Position numbers and translations under genes: made by a program. DNA of 64,000 bases. Origin: Takakia lepidozioides. Taxonomy: Eukaryota > Plantae > Bryophyta. The DNA lies in contig CM060732.1 in assembly GCA_030704615.1 (NCBI GenBank), positions 79,918,001 through 79,982,000 of the forward strand, read 5' to 3'. The notes under the pieces were generated by a model. The model had not been told where the DNA came from, ran no database searches, and saw only the letters and a program-made list of their open reading frames with translations. Of the stretch, positions 26,799 to 40,585 are shown one piece after another (within the stretch, counting starts at the first letter, position 1; the number at the start of each line of letters is the position of its first letter).

Positions 26799-28927
26799 GT
26801 TTGTTAGTGGCAGTACCCTGTTCATGAACTCTTGGTTAGGGGGAAGTCTCCCCACAGTAAGCCTCCACGGCCTTCATGGTGATTATTTTTTCCACCATTC
26901 AATTATCGGGCTCCATCTCCTTTAGAAAAACCAAAAGAAAAGAAAAAGAAAGGCGCCACAACTTTGAGTTCCTCTGCATCGTCGATTTGGTAAGGAATGG
27001 TATTTGTTAGTGTTTGGTCTCACTGCATATTAGTAAGTTAGATCCATGAGGTTTTCCAATGAGACTTGAAGCTTACCTTGCTCAATGTCCCCTTATGAAT
27101 GGGTCCCATCAACGAGAGATTGATTTGTATCAACGGGTCGATGTAGTGTTTCGTTCTTTGGTGTCACCATCCATCTCAATATGGCATTTACAGTCCCCAA
27201 AATAATCCTTTTTTTGTTTTGAAAAAGGGGAAGACCTCTCTTTTTTCCTTTTTTTCATTAACCTACAGATTGATAAACGATTTGATGAATTTCTCCTAGA
27301 GAAATAGTTGATTTACTGACTTTACTGATACTGAACAATGTACTCTACTACTAATGAATCCCAGCTATCTGAATGCGGCATGCTGTCACAAAGTCGAAAT
27401 GCAGCAGTCAGACACACAAATGATGGGACGTCTTCCACGAATATCCCCTCGCAAAATGTTAGCTTGCCGTATCCTTGTCGACATAGACCATAACCCTCCC
27501 GCTGTGTTATTTTTTCCTTGGAAAAAAATCGCCAGAATTCGACCTGGAACGGGTGAGCTACGTGAACAAAAAATTATGGGGGGAAAACGAAGCGCCAGTA
27601 GTTGAATATCAGCACTCGCCTAATTGTGCCTATGTGGACTCGTAAAAATGCACCACCTCTTATATAGCCACTTTTCTACCCTGCCACCTTCCTTATTCTC
27701 GCCGCATGGTTGCTGCGTAGAATTAACATGTGGCAGCTTTGGTGATTTTGAAAAGAAAAAACTGCTGCTGTAAAATGGAAATCTTCAATATAGCATTTGA
27801 ATATATAAAATTGATTTGGTTACTATCCAGACTCAGAAAAACAAGACTCCCTTCTCCAACCCATGATTTAAGGTGAGTCTCCAACCGGTGGGTAGGCCCT
27901 GCCTTTATGAAAATGCAGGCCCAATAAAACCCATGAGGCACGGGTCATCACTGCGGAGAAAATGCGGCAATGAAGTGCGTTGGGAGAGGGGTGCCAGATG
28001 GGAGGGTACGTGTCACCGTATCACTGCTCTGGCGGGTACTTACCCATGGAACCCCCTGCTGCTTCCACCGGGTTATGTATGCGCCGCCATCGTCTGCGGA
28101 GGGTGGGTGGGTAGTTACACGTAAGTTACTGACTATAGCCAGGTGTAACCTGCTTTTACTTTTTCTTGTTTCTGTTTCTTGGAGAAAGGACCAAGTGGCT
28201 AAGAAAAAGGAAAAAGTAAACCACATTTGTTTTCCCCTCTAGAAGTTTTTCTTATTTTTTTCTAATTTTATTTTATTAGGAAATAGAGTAGAAAAACAGA
28301 ACAGATAGATGAGTATCACACTTGGACCAATGGATGAAAACTAATTCATCTATAATGTCCAGCTTCCATTCGTTGCTCATTTTATTTGATTTTTATCAAT
28401 GTTTTTTTTTTTTTTTTAAATTCCGATGAAACACCCTGATTTATAGTTGTAAGATAAATAGAAATAGCTGTTTTAGTACCAATGATATCATGTTTAATTA
28501 TAGAGTACCAATAGTCCCTTGGATCAAAATATCTTTTTCTTTGATAAACTCGATGCCTTAATTATTTGAATGTTCAAGTACAACACCACTGCATAGCCAA
28601 GTGGTCACTATGTTTGCCCTTTCAAATTGCTCTTTTAGAAGATGGGATGTGTGCTAAAATTATTTTAAGAACAAAATAAAAAAGACTATGATGTGGCAAA
28701 CAAATTGCATCACGGAATACATGGTAATACTAAATCTACACCTGTCTTGATCTAACTGGTTCGAAAATCAAGAGTATGGGTGTGATATCCAAGAAGTAGC
28801 TCCCCGAAAACTCATTTGCCTAAATTTCCTCGCAATAGGAGCGAAACGCACGAGCCTAGTCCTTCCTTAGGAAAGCAGGGCCAATAAATCATAAATCGAG
28901 AAAAGTAGGTGACAATATATATTTTTT

Positions 28928-30590
28928 CACGTGGTTGTTTTATTCTGTTATTTTCTTAATTTGTTTTCCTGCACGATATATTCAATAAATGAAAACGACC
29001 AACGGGGAATGAGACTGCCATGTGGGATGCCGATATGCGGCCACAAAGGCATCCACTGTGGCCGGATCAACAGCCGTGAGATCTGAAATCGACGGCGGTA
29101 AGCATAATCAGAATTGCCACCGAAATCTCTGAACACTGCCGGAAAACCTTCCACCTATTCGATTCCTGCCACATGTAGCAAATATCTGTGTCCACCTGTG
29201 GACCAATGATTTAATTTCATAAAATATGTTTTTATAGTTATAAAATAAAATAAAATTTGTAATTACATGTGGAGCCGTCACTGATGGACACCCAGTGGCT
29301 GGGTTCAAATCCTGCTTGTCGTGTCGTATAATCTTCTCGTGTTCCATGAGACTTGTACTGTTTGGTTTTTCCTTAAACAATTAGATATTTAGTAATTTTA
29401 ATAATTTTAATATGATTAATACAACCTTTATTACGTACAGTACCAAACCCAGTTTGATCCTGCTGTACTTTTCCCATGTAACACGTCCGGTCTTTGGCTG
29501 TACGATACCTGATGAAAAACAATTGTTCCATTTTGTATTTGCATTTTTGTTTCTAGTTAAGAAAACTGATCATCGAAGAGGATGAGGATTTAAAAGGTGA
29601 CGTTTGAAGTGCATAATTTATAGTATTTAAGCTATGTTAAAGTAGATTCCGCTACTTCAACAGCCTGTGGCTGAAGCAAGAACCTAGACCAAGTCACGTG
29701 GATTAACTGTTTTTAATTATTATAGTTTTTGTAACTGGGTATATCATTGAATTAACTGCCCACGTGGAGTAAACACGTGATTAGTCTATTCACCTATAAC
29801 CATCCTAGGCCAAATATAGCAATTCACTACTGCCAGGTGGCGGTTAACTTGGATGGATGAGGGGATGGATGGATGATACATTGATTCTCTGGATCTAAAT
29901 ACGCGTGATTAGCAATAATGGGGGCACATTGGATCAAGGGCAGGGTAATTATGGAAGGGGTACGGCAGAATACGACCAATGATGGTGGGCCATGTGGGGG
30001 TGTGGTGGCGATCGAGCCAGGAGATTCGAGCGCCCACACCCGCACCTAACGGACGCCGTTATCAACTCCGACCTCGTTATCCACTCTCGGCTCACTCTGT
30101 ACCAGCGCCGGTTACTCGGCGCGGATGAACGTACGCGCGCAGGATCCCCACTCTAGATTGTCGAGTACCGTTTCATTCATCAGGATACTAGCCGCTCATC
30201 CATCCTACGAAATGCAAGAATTGCAAGGAAACGGGTAGTTGCCCGTCGCCGTTGACGACACGTGTCAGTGGTGTCCGGCGCGTCCCGCAAGCGTGGCGAG
30301 AGCGCGGCAGGGAAGGCGCCTATTTCGCGAACGTGCCATCTGGCGATAGGTTAGGTGATGTGGGCAGCGGAAACTGCTGGCCACCTGCGACGTCACCGTC
30401 GCTGACCGGCCCACCGGTCAGTCCGGTGGCTCTGGTCGACGCTCTTGGCGATACCTCGGCTATACTCTGCCTATATTATGGTATACGGTCGAGTGACCGT
30501 ATGTCGGCGCCGCTCTATGTGGGATCTAAAACGAATTATATCTCAACAGTTGAATCTGCAATAGTGTCAAAATATGTCGTTAAGGCCGAC
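28928..30590 (+). promoter_or_regulatory. Cluster of G-box/ABRE and DRE cores upstream of the TPP gene
   Basis: CACGTG at 28928, 29695, 29761, 29774 and 30259; GCCGAC at 30585. Confidence 0.5.
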
Positions 30591-33418
30591 CTCTGGTCTA
30601 TTGGGCCGGCAGTGGCCGGCGTTCGATGTACAATGTCATGCTTTTGTCGAACCCCAAGCAATTGTGCGACTGTTTCTTCAAACACCATTGCCTGCTCTGC
30701 TTCATGTACATACATATTTCTTCCCCATTTCCCTTGGGTGGTGGTGGTTGTTTTTCCTTTGGGCGGTGGTGGCCCATGGTGGCCGTTCAATGTCATTAAG
30801 GGCCAACGGAAGGCTGTAGCTGCTCCGGGACAGCATAAATTACGGTTGATTCTGCAAGAGTCTTCCTCTTGCTTGATTTGTGGAAGAGTGTTTCTCTTTT
30901 TCAATGTATATATATATATATAAGAAGAAGAAAAGGTACCAGCACATCACCCTGGCAAGGTCGATTGCCTTCAGTTTCCCAAGTGGACACACTTTTTCAG
31001 GAGTATATATATACATATAAAACACTTTGATGATGGAGTAAGGGAAAGAACAAAAATAAAATAATGTCGTCTAGCTAAACCACAACCGGCCAAAGATGAA
31101 TAGTTATTAACGTCAACAATGAGATGGGAGTGTGAGGGTGGACTCAGTTTCAGTCGTCAAAATCTATGTTTGGGTTGTCTTCAATGGTATAATAAGGTGC
31201 ATAGGTAATTCTGGTACCCGACACGTTAGACACCGCCCCAACGGCGGCTCTTGTCGCACACAATGTGCATGGAAATAAAATACTAGTGTGGAACACAAGT
31301 GGGGTATTGGAGTTTGATGTGGCAACGGGACGGGGTTAGTTAGGGTGGAGCCAAGTCAGAACGGCAATCGGCGCCGCCGCATTAGGGTCCCTAGAAAAGC
31401 GTAGCAAGTATCGCCGGGAAGTGCCCAAACCCGGCAGGCCGGCCCCACCGCACAAGTCACGCCAGGGCAGAACGATCGCCAGGCGCTGCGCCCGCGCGTG
31501 GCTATACCCGGCAGCCCGCAGGCTCCTCTCTGTCCTCTCTATTTGTCTCTCTCTCTCAGCTCGCTCTCTCGCTCGCTCTTATTGTGCGCATCATTCATGT
31601 CCTGCATTCCGCTTCCTGTGCTGCTCTCCAGTGTATAATCCGCGTCGATATCCATGTGGAGCCTCTTCTCGCGGGCTCTGTTTTTGACTGTTGTCGCTGG
31701 ATGTGCTGCATAGAGTTCGTGTTTGTCTCGCTGGCTGGTTGGGACGTGGTTTGGTTCGTTGAGGGGAATAGGTCCAGCTGTGCGTCTGTGTGCGTGCTTC
31801 TGCGTGGCGCTCACATACCTGTGTCTGTATAAGTCCGCCTCGATTTACCTCCGTTTCTCCAGCGCGTTTCTATTGTCTCGTGAATGCTTGGCATATAAGC
31901 ACATTTTGTGATTCTGCATTTCACACTAGTGTCTCTCGCTGTATTCCATTTATTCGGTGATACAGGTGCAGAGGCTTGTGCGCCGTGGGCAAACTTGTCG
32001 CAGTTTATGCATGTCATGATCACGGAGCCTGCTTTGAGCGTTAATTTTTTGGCATCCTTCAGCCATGTTACTATATTGTATCTTAGATTGGGAAAGTAAT
32101 GCCCAGGCACAGTGATCTGCGTAAAGCCTGGTAGCCTTCCTCGTTAGCGTGTATCCATTATCCTCGTCGTCCTCTGTACTGTTCTTCTTCTGTTAGTTGC
32201 TGGTCATGCGCAAACTCTCGCATTAGCCTTCTCTTTACTGGTCTCTCCGTGCAATCTCATTAGCCATCCGTTCTTCCAGGCCTTTCATCATCATCGTCAG
32301 TCTCTCTAAATTGGACAATTTAGTATTCAGGCTTGCGAAAGCAAAGCCTGCGTGTTATCATTTGTGCACACAACCTCGGGGCGCCTTCTCTTGCTTTCGT
32401 ACCACGCTCACATCTCTTTCTCAATTCTCCAGTGTCCTCGAAAGCCTGCCTGTTGCTGACTACTTCTGTGGACATTCCACAAGCTTGTCTTCAAGTCCGG
32501 TTCTTATCACGCAAGGTTGGAGCAAATTCTGGGCGTATCTATTGGCATATGGCTGGGGTCTCCATTCCTCCGAGACCTACTGTGATGCGTGATCGTGAGA
32601 TGCCTGGATGCAAGCTAATCAATGAAGTGCACCGCATGACTTACTTCTGGCAGATTGGCTGGTAAGCAAATTGGCAGAACATGTCCACTTCTAAATTCTT
32701 CAGTTAGAACCTGGAAATTGGACTTTTCTTCCCGTTGCAGGTTCCAATAAGTCGTCTCCCGTTTATATCAGGAGGCATGCCTGAGCCGTGCATTCTTGGA
32801 GCGCCTCAGGCATCACAGGATTACTCCATGCTCTTCAAAAAAAAAATTACACTCGTGTGTTGAGGCTATGATGTAGGGTTCCCCACTCAATGGTTAGCAG
32901 GCAGTGCTTTTCTAATTTATGGCTTCAGGTCTTTCCAACCAAGATGACACTGCTGCCCTGCTTGTGTAAGTAAACATTATTTGGGCGTGCATAGAATTGG
33001 TTCTTTCTGGCCTTACAGAGATTTCTAACAAACTCTGCTGTGTGACTCGTGCAGTGGTCTTCACCGGACTTTGGCCAACACAAAGTAGATCTTTTGGTGG
33101 GAGAGCCAAGCAGGATGAGACCTGTCAGGGTCGTTTGGTTCCTATGAAGGCCGGTTCTTAACTGGTGCTTGCAGGCAGATAATATGACTCTGGAATCCAT
33201 CTATTCCTAGTTGTCCTATTTGTAAACAGGCTCCCTCATTTGAGCGGCAATCCTTGCTGTTTGTTGCCAGGTACCTGGTATTCATGGTTGCATAGTGGTT
33301 GATCTCTGCAAGTATTTCTCCTAGAACGAGAAGAAGGGTAGGCTAGGCTGTCGCACAACAGTTAGGAGGATTTTTCGAAAAACGGGATTTAAAGCCTGTC
33401 CTTGTGACAGCTGTGTAA

Positions 33419-36400
33419 ATGGTTTTCAAGGTCAGAGAGGTTAGTTTTAGCATTGATAGATTGTTAGAGCAAGGGGATATTGAGAACGGGGAAGTGGGGC
33501 TATCGAGTGCAAGCCTGTCCAAGCTGGGGGAGAGTCTGATTGGCGCCATGGCTTTGGGGTCCAAGCGGGCAGCAATCTGTGCTGAACCTCCTGCGTCCTC
33601 GATACTTTCGCCATTGTCGATGTCATCACTGCTCTCTACTTCTCCATCCAAAACGGCAGCAACAAGTCCATCGTTCCCTAGCAATGCGCGTCCACGGCCA
33701 ATTCCCCCAGTCCTGCTGAAAAAGCACAACCCCTATATTACTGACAAGGGACATCTGATTCAATGGCTGGATGCAATGAAAGCTCAATCTCCTCCCCAAT
33801 TTCACTCTACAGATGGAAACATCTTTGACTTCTATGATGCGGAGGCCACTGAACATGCTGCCTGGATGGTAAGCAATTTTGCCGAATTTGAGCTATTTAA
33901 GACCCGGATGTAATTTTTTTTACTGTCTCCCTCCTCTCGTGTCCAGTCCGTCAAGATGTCTGCATGCAGTACTTGGGTTTGTCTGAAAAAGTTCTAGCCT
34001 TGATTACGTATGAGTTAACCCCCAGAATGACTCACCCATTCATATTTCATGTTTTTCAGGAAAGGCATCCATCAGCTCTGGATATGTTTGAGAAGGTGAT
34101 GAGGGCAGCAAAAGGCAAACAGGTGGCTGTATTTTTAGATTATGATGGCACTCTCTCCCCCATAGTGGACGATCCAGACAGGGCTTATATGTCAGATGAT
34201 GTAAGTTCGTCTTCCTATTTCCTGATGTCTGTAGAACTGCGTAGATGCTTTTCCCCTTATTGACTTGTGGGTGGATTTTTCCTTTGAGTTGCTAATTGTG
34301 AGTAGTGCTGCTAATTTTGGGTGGCATGGATCTGAATGTAGATGATTGATTGTGGCAACTTTCTAACAGATGCGAGCTACAGTGAAGGAAGTTGCAACAT
34401 ATTTTCCAACTGCAATAATCAGTGGAAGAGGGAGACAAAAGGTATAAATACAGTCCGATGGAACCCACCTTTTCCAACTGACACAATGTTAGCAATGGGA
34501 CATGGTCTTTCTTGGCATTGAGCCTTTTGCTTCACTTGTATTTTGGTCACCATATCTGAGAAGTAATTTTTCTGTTTGTTCAAAAGCGACAGTGTTATTA
34601 TTCACTTTGTGGCATTACAGGTTTATGATTTTGTACAGTTAGCAGAGCTATTCTACGCCGGGAGCCATGGCATGGACATTATGGGACCAGCCACTGGCTC
34701 CAATGGGTTTAAGGCCAATGGGACCCGAGCCAAAGACCACAAGGTACATTTCTGGTCTGCACATTTCCTTTTGCCTGCATGTATTACGGTCTGAGCCTTG
34801 GTTTGCCCGACTCACTGAAACTGTAATTTGTGATGGTGTACAGGGGAACGAGGTTGTCTTTTTCCAGCCAGCTAGTGAATATCTCCCCTTGATAGATAAG
34901 GTACGTTGCGTGAGAAACCTTGAGCCTTGTGGTTTCTTTCAGTGTCGGTTGACTTGATTACTTCTTATGAGTGGGCCAGTCTGTGGGTTAGAAGTTTAGG
35001 ATCTATACATTTTGTAGTGTTGGTCACGGTTCCTTGTCTCTGGCCAGCAAAATGAAGAAGTACACGAAGCCTTGGCCTTCTTGTCCTTATGAATGCAAAG
35101 GCCTGCAATTCTGAGAATAGAAGCCCTCTCGGAAATGTCAGGGAATCCAGTTGGAACTCCTTTGACAACTGTGCAGTAAATTGCATTCTAGACATGGTCA
35201 GTGGGAGTAATTGGTCGTTTTGTGGAAGATACAAGGTATTGTAAAGTTGATGAGTGGGGGAGGTCCACTGACATCAACCCAGCACATCCAGTTCCAGCAA
35301 GTGCTGCAGTGGGGCAGTTGTCCAGATGGTAATGACAGTTTGATTGGGGTTTTGGGAATGTGATGCAGGTGTGCACCATTTTAATAGAGAGCACAAAAGA
35401 GATTGAGGGAGCCAAAGTTGAACACAACAAATATTGTGCAACCATTCATTTCCGGCGCGTTAAGGAGGAGGTAATATTGCTTTGTTTCCACTTCCCTGTG
35501 TGTCAAAAATAGCCATCAAAATTTCTCACGTCATAACTGGAAATAGCTGGATTTTCCCTCAGGTTCTCATCTCTTCATGTAATTACATCATCTGCTGTTC
35601 TGACTTTCTGTGCTTCCAATTGTGTGGTGTGTGGTCTTCCTTTCCTTTACTCAACCAATTGGGTCTTTGTGCAGATGGTACATTGTGGTGGCTATGTATG
35701 TACCTGTGTGGGTTTTACTATTCTCATAATGTAGTTCCTTGCCTTCTCCATAAAAGGGTCTGGGAGTTAAGTTGTTATTGTATGTGTGTATGTACCTCGT
35801 CTATGTTCTGTGATGTGTGCCGCTGACACATTGCCCAATTTTCAGTTGGCACATAATTACTGTTTGGGTTATTGCATTTGGTACCTCGTCTACACGTTCT
35901 GTGATGTGTGCCGCTGACGCATTTGCCCAATTTTCAGTGGAACTTCTTTGTTGGCACATTATTACTGGTTGGGTTATTGCATTTGCTGCTCATCATGTGT
36001 CGTTACTGAGATTCTTATGAATTAGTTGAGGGCATACTTGTTTTGGTCGATGACCGCCTGGACCTCAACTATGCAAAAGCACCGGGTCTTGGCTGGATCT
36101 CTTGGACATTAGTTTGTCTAATTGTCATTGTTCTTTGAGTACAGTAATGTGCTGTTGTATTTCAGGTCTCTACCTGTTGCTTATGTGATGGACTATTTGG
36201 ATTGTTTAATCTCTAAGGAGATTGAGATGTATTCCATGGGTGACAAGGTTTTTTGCATGATTTGTCGTTCTGAATATTTCTGTCTATCTAAATTTGTCGT
36301 GGGGGAAGTGGGCCCTTGAGATTCTTGTCATTGAACTTCGGATTTATATTGTAGCTCTTGGATTTTCAACTGTAGTGTTTGGACATGGTTAAATAGATCT

Positions 36401-39400
36401 GATCAAAGACCAATTCTTCAAGTTCTTCAGAGTTCGTTTTCTTGCAGTTGGTAGGGCTACTGAGCCAGAGAATATAGTCAGATCCTTAAAAGACAACAAA
36501 CCATGTTCTACCTACCAATGGACTGTGCATCGCAGTACAGTCCTTGATCTATCCAAAATGCTCAAGATAGAGTATGACTTGTTCTTGGATTTATTACACC
36601 ACTTTGCTGCTCTTTCTGGTCTTCTGTTTCTGGCTCTCTTTTCTGTTCAGTCTTTTTACTATTGCTGGAACCAACCTGAGTCTTTGCATCTCGTGTTCAG
36701 GAACTGGTTGACTTGTTTTTTTTTGGTCTTTCCAAGAAACAAAGATGAAGTCTGCTTGTTTATTTCTGTTTGTTACCTCCTTTTTTCGGTCTTTGTAATG
36801 TTCCTGAAGGTGTCTTCTTCCTTCAGAGGCCTACAAAGCTTCCTTTCCCTTGGATTGCTCCCGCATCTTTTGTTCCATCACCCTTCCAATGGGAGTCTGA
36901 GTTTACTCTGCCCTTCCATGGCTGTTGTGATGGCAATATCAGGATCCACCATATAACAAGAGAGCACCCTAATGTGTTGCTGTCTTGCTTTTAAGTGACA
37001 GTAACGTTACTATGTACACATTTCAACTGGCTAGGTGTTTTGTCTTTCATCCCACAAAGGGCACTCTTCAGTTTCTGAGAGTGCTCGCCACATATCTAGT
37101 AATTAAGGAGTTGCTAACTCCTTCCTGTAAAACAAGGATAGTTCTTCGGAAAGTTGATGCCACTCAGAGTGAGTGACATCCTCTGTATTCAAGCCCGAAG
37201 CTAGATATTTAGACATGTTAAAGGTCCTGGACATGAAAGCTGTGACATAGCTCAGCTGATTATGCTCTCCTCTTTTGCACTCTTGCCCCTGTGCAGGTGT
37301 GGAGAGGAGGGTGGAGCTTGTTCCTTGCTATGCCTTTTGGCTGCTGCAGGCTTAGGTTCCTTTACCTCATAAGCCTTCCTAGTGACACGTCCATTTACCT
37401 TACCTTGTTGGAGTCTGCATAGTTCGAAAAGAAAGATTTGTCGAAATGGTCAAATGCTTGGTCTGAAGTCTGGGGAAAGGATGTTAATGAGATGTGGTTG
37501 TGAAATGGAGGAAGGTCCATACTCCTCATCAGAGTTGATGTGCGTCAGTCAAGAAGATTCCCTCTGTTTAATGGACAGAACTCGTAATTGTTGGTCTCTC
37601 CTCCCTTAAAAGTTGGGAGGTCTTTCAGTTAGTACCCAACGCACATATTGATATATTTGTGGTGGGTTGGGATGCAGAGCTGGGGACGGCTTGCAGAGAA
37701 GGTGGAGAGTGTCTTAAAAGGTTATCCAACATTAAGTTTAACTCACGGTCGCAAGGTATGTTGTTGTGTGCTTCCTCGGTCTTTTGTAACAAGAGTGGTC
37801 ATATAGATGGGGTACTACTTAACTGACATTATTGTCATTCATTGGTTTGCTAGTTTTTCTGAAACTCGATTTTGGTTCCTCTGAAGGGCAGTGTCCTTCC
37901 TGCAGTTTGTGGAGGGCACAACGTGTAGCTTTCAGTTTATCATTTCAGTATTATTGGTGGATTTTCCAGTTAGGCTGCTGACTGACAGCTTGAGCACGAG
38001 GGGCTACTCCTTTAGTATGTGTGTGACTGTGTGCTTCAGAATTTCATTGTTGACTTACGATCATGGCATGTTGTGCAGGTGTTGGAGATTCGTCCAGCTA
38101 TAGCATGGGACAAGGGAAAAGCTGTCAACTTTCTTCTTACATCACTTGGTGAGTGGTGTAGTGCAATAAACAGTGAGACATGTGAATGTACAGTGTACTA
38201 CGATTGTTTGATTGAGTTTCTCTTGTAGTGTGTACGGGCAGCCGTTTTTGCAAGGAGGGGTTCTCTGCCTTGGGGGGCAATGTGGAGCAGAGGGTGGTTC
38301 AAGTCTCCAAGTAAATCTTGGAATGAAGAGATCATTGACTCTAGGCTTATGTATGGCAGGGCTTGCAAACTCGAGCGATGTACTGCCAGTGTATATTGGA
38401 GACGATCGTACAGATGAAGATGCATTCAAGGTATGCTCTAGCCTTTGTTATTCCCAGTTTCCTGTGCTTCATGTGGCGGAGTTAGTCCACTTCCTGTGAG
38501 TGAGACAAGGTCTTCTAAGAAAAGAGAGGCATTTTGCCATTTTACCCTAGTTTTTGTACTTCCGGGTACACCCCTCTGCAAGAGATGTGTAATGGTTGCA
38601 TACTTATGGGTGTTCAGGCTATAGTACATCCTCAAGAGAATGTAAATGGAGGATTTGTTTTTGTTGTTGTAGGCAATCAGAGCGTTGGTTTAGTGATGGG
38701 TACATAATGGAGGTCATACAAGTAAAACTTACCAAGGTGAATGTGCATTCAATGTTATGCCAGCTTTTGAAGGGGATGAAACATGGGTGTAGCATTCTGG
38801 TAACAACAGTTGCCAAGGAGACTAAGGCTAATTTCTCCCTCCGCGACCCCTCTGAGGTATTCTCTTCGTCTCAATCTCGTTCAGGTTGTCGTGTCCACCT
38901 TTCTGGCTGTGAGGATATCATCTCTCTCTCTCTCTCTCTCTTCTTTTTCTCTCCCTCCCTCCCTCTCTGCTTACCCCTCTCTCTGCCTCGGGGTGAGTTT
39001 GGCATCCCTTAAGCTCCCAACAAGATGAATTCAAGGTCAGATTGTGGGGTCAGCTGCAACATGTCTAATATCAGATATAGTAAGTTAATCGACTCTATAT
39101 CTTGGAAGCAGGATCACCCTGTCAAACAGGCTTAAGTCTTGAAGAGAGTAGAAGAGATTCTCAAGGATCTGAATCTAAGCCTGCAAGTCTTGACCCTGCT
39201 GGATAAATCTGACTTAGAGGCTGTACTGTCCAAACCCATGTCTGTTGCCAGGAAATTGTCTGATAAAAATGAGGTTAGGCAAGAACTTCCTTGAATTGGT
39301 TTCCAGTCTGTGACATGGGAGAGGCCATCATGGATGACCTCAAGGGTTTACCCACCCTCGACACTAGGCTGAAATTTAAACTTAGGGCGGGAAGTCTACC

Positions 39401-40585
39401 TTTGAACAGCAAACAGATGCAGAGAGGCAAGAGGGATTGCAATTGCCCGTTGTGTGGGCAACCTGAAGACAACATTCATTTTCTGATTCATTGGCCTGGG
39501 TACTCTCACGAGAGAAATGTCCTCGAGCCAAAAGCCCAGGTCCTTGTGGGGCCTAGTTATTGAGCAAACTACACACAGCAGAGCGATGCTTGTGTGAAGG
39601 GATTTCTAGAGGATATCTGGTAAACTCAGATGTCTGTTCCAAGGGAAGTCATACTACCGGTGCCAGTCCCTGAAAAAGGTCCCTTTTTGCCCCTTTTTGT
39701 TTCGCTCAAACTGAGCGCGAGGTCAATGGCCACAAGGCTACGGCAAACATCTTATGAATAGGTTCTCTCTGCCTACCCTTGGCATCAGACTGAAATTTAA
39801 ACTCAGGGCAGGAAGCCTACCTTTGAACAATGAATAGATGCAGAGAGGAAGAGGAGATTGTAATTGCCCTATGTGTGGGCAACCTGAAGACAATATCCAT
39901 TTTCGGAGATATTATCCAGGGTATCCTCACCAGAAGTGACCCTCTTCAGGACAATCAAGAACATTGTCACCTCTGTTCACCAACTTTCAAAATCTTGAGG
40001 CTGAGCCTAAAAGCCCTGGCCCTGTTGGGGTCTAAACTTTTGGGCTGCTCACATACAGCAGATTGATGCTTGTGTGAAGGGCTTCCTAGAGGATATCTGG
40101 AAAGCCAGAACTAATTGTTTGTATCACAAAGGTAGTTTCTGGCCCCTTTTGTTCCGCCCAAACTGGGCACGGGGTCTATGGCTACAAGGCTACGGCAGTC
40201 AATGGTGTCTTTTTGCTCTTGTAGCTTTGTCCCTGTGTTGCCGGAAATGGTTTTAAAACCAATATCCAATTTATGGGAAAAGAATTTCTCTGGAGAAGGC
40301 AGCTGAAATCTCCATCGCATGCTTTGGGGACATAACTGCCAGTTATAGTGGCTAAACTGGTGGTTCATCTCCATGCCCTCTCTCATGGATTTTTCTGTAT
40401 TTTTGCTGCAGGTTATGAAGTTTCTACATCGGCTTGTGCGATGGAAGAAAAGGGGTCTGGAAGGTCACCATGGAAGTAGCTCTCCGGGTGGTCACACTGC
40501 CACCCCCACGCACTTGAATCTTAAATTCAAAAGAACACCCCCGTCCCCACCTCTTTGTCTCTCTGGTAGCAAGCGGTGGCTTTGA
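33419..40585 (+). CDS. TPP: Trehalose-6-phosphate phosphatase (plant TPP, HAD superfamily), 476 aa
   Basis: Exons 33419-33868, 34060-34200, 34370-34441, 34621-34743, 34844-34900, 35369-35470, 37678-37755, 38079-38148, 38360-38430, 38764-38856, 40412-40585; all GT-AG, 1431 nt. Motifs [71 protein letters not shown]. The true start could be a downstream Met. Confidence 0.95.
35792..35985. repeat. Intronic tandem duplication (~90-105 bp units)
   Basis: gtacctcgtcta...gttctgtgatgtgtgccgctgac...gcccaattttcagt...ttggcacat.attactg.ttgggttattgcatttg occurs twice in succession. Confidence 0.85.
39020..40200 (+). mobile_element. Two tandem 5'-truncated LINE-like 3' fragments in the last TPP intron
   Basis: Copies ~39020-39771 and ~39772-40200; translate to [13 protein letters not shown]...[14 protein letters not shown] (zinc-knuckle typical of LINE ORF2 C-termini) and FLEDIWKAR; both end in c(a/t)acaaggctacggca. 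Confidence 0.75.
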
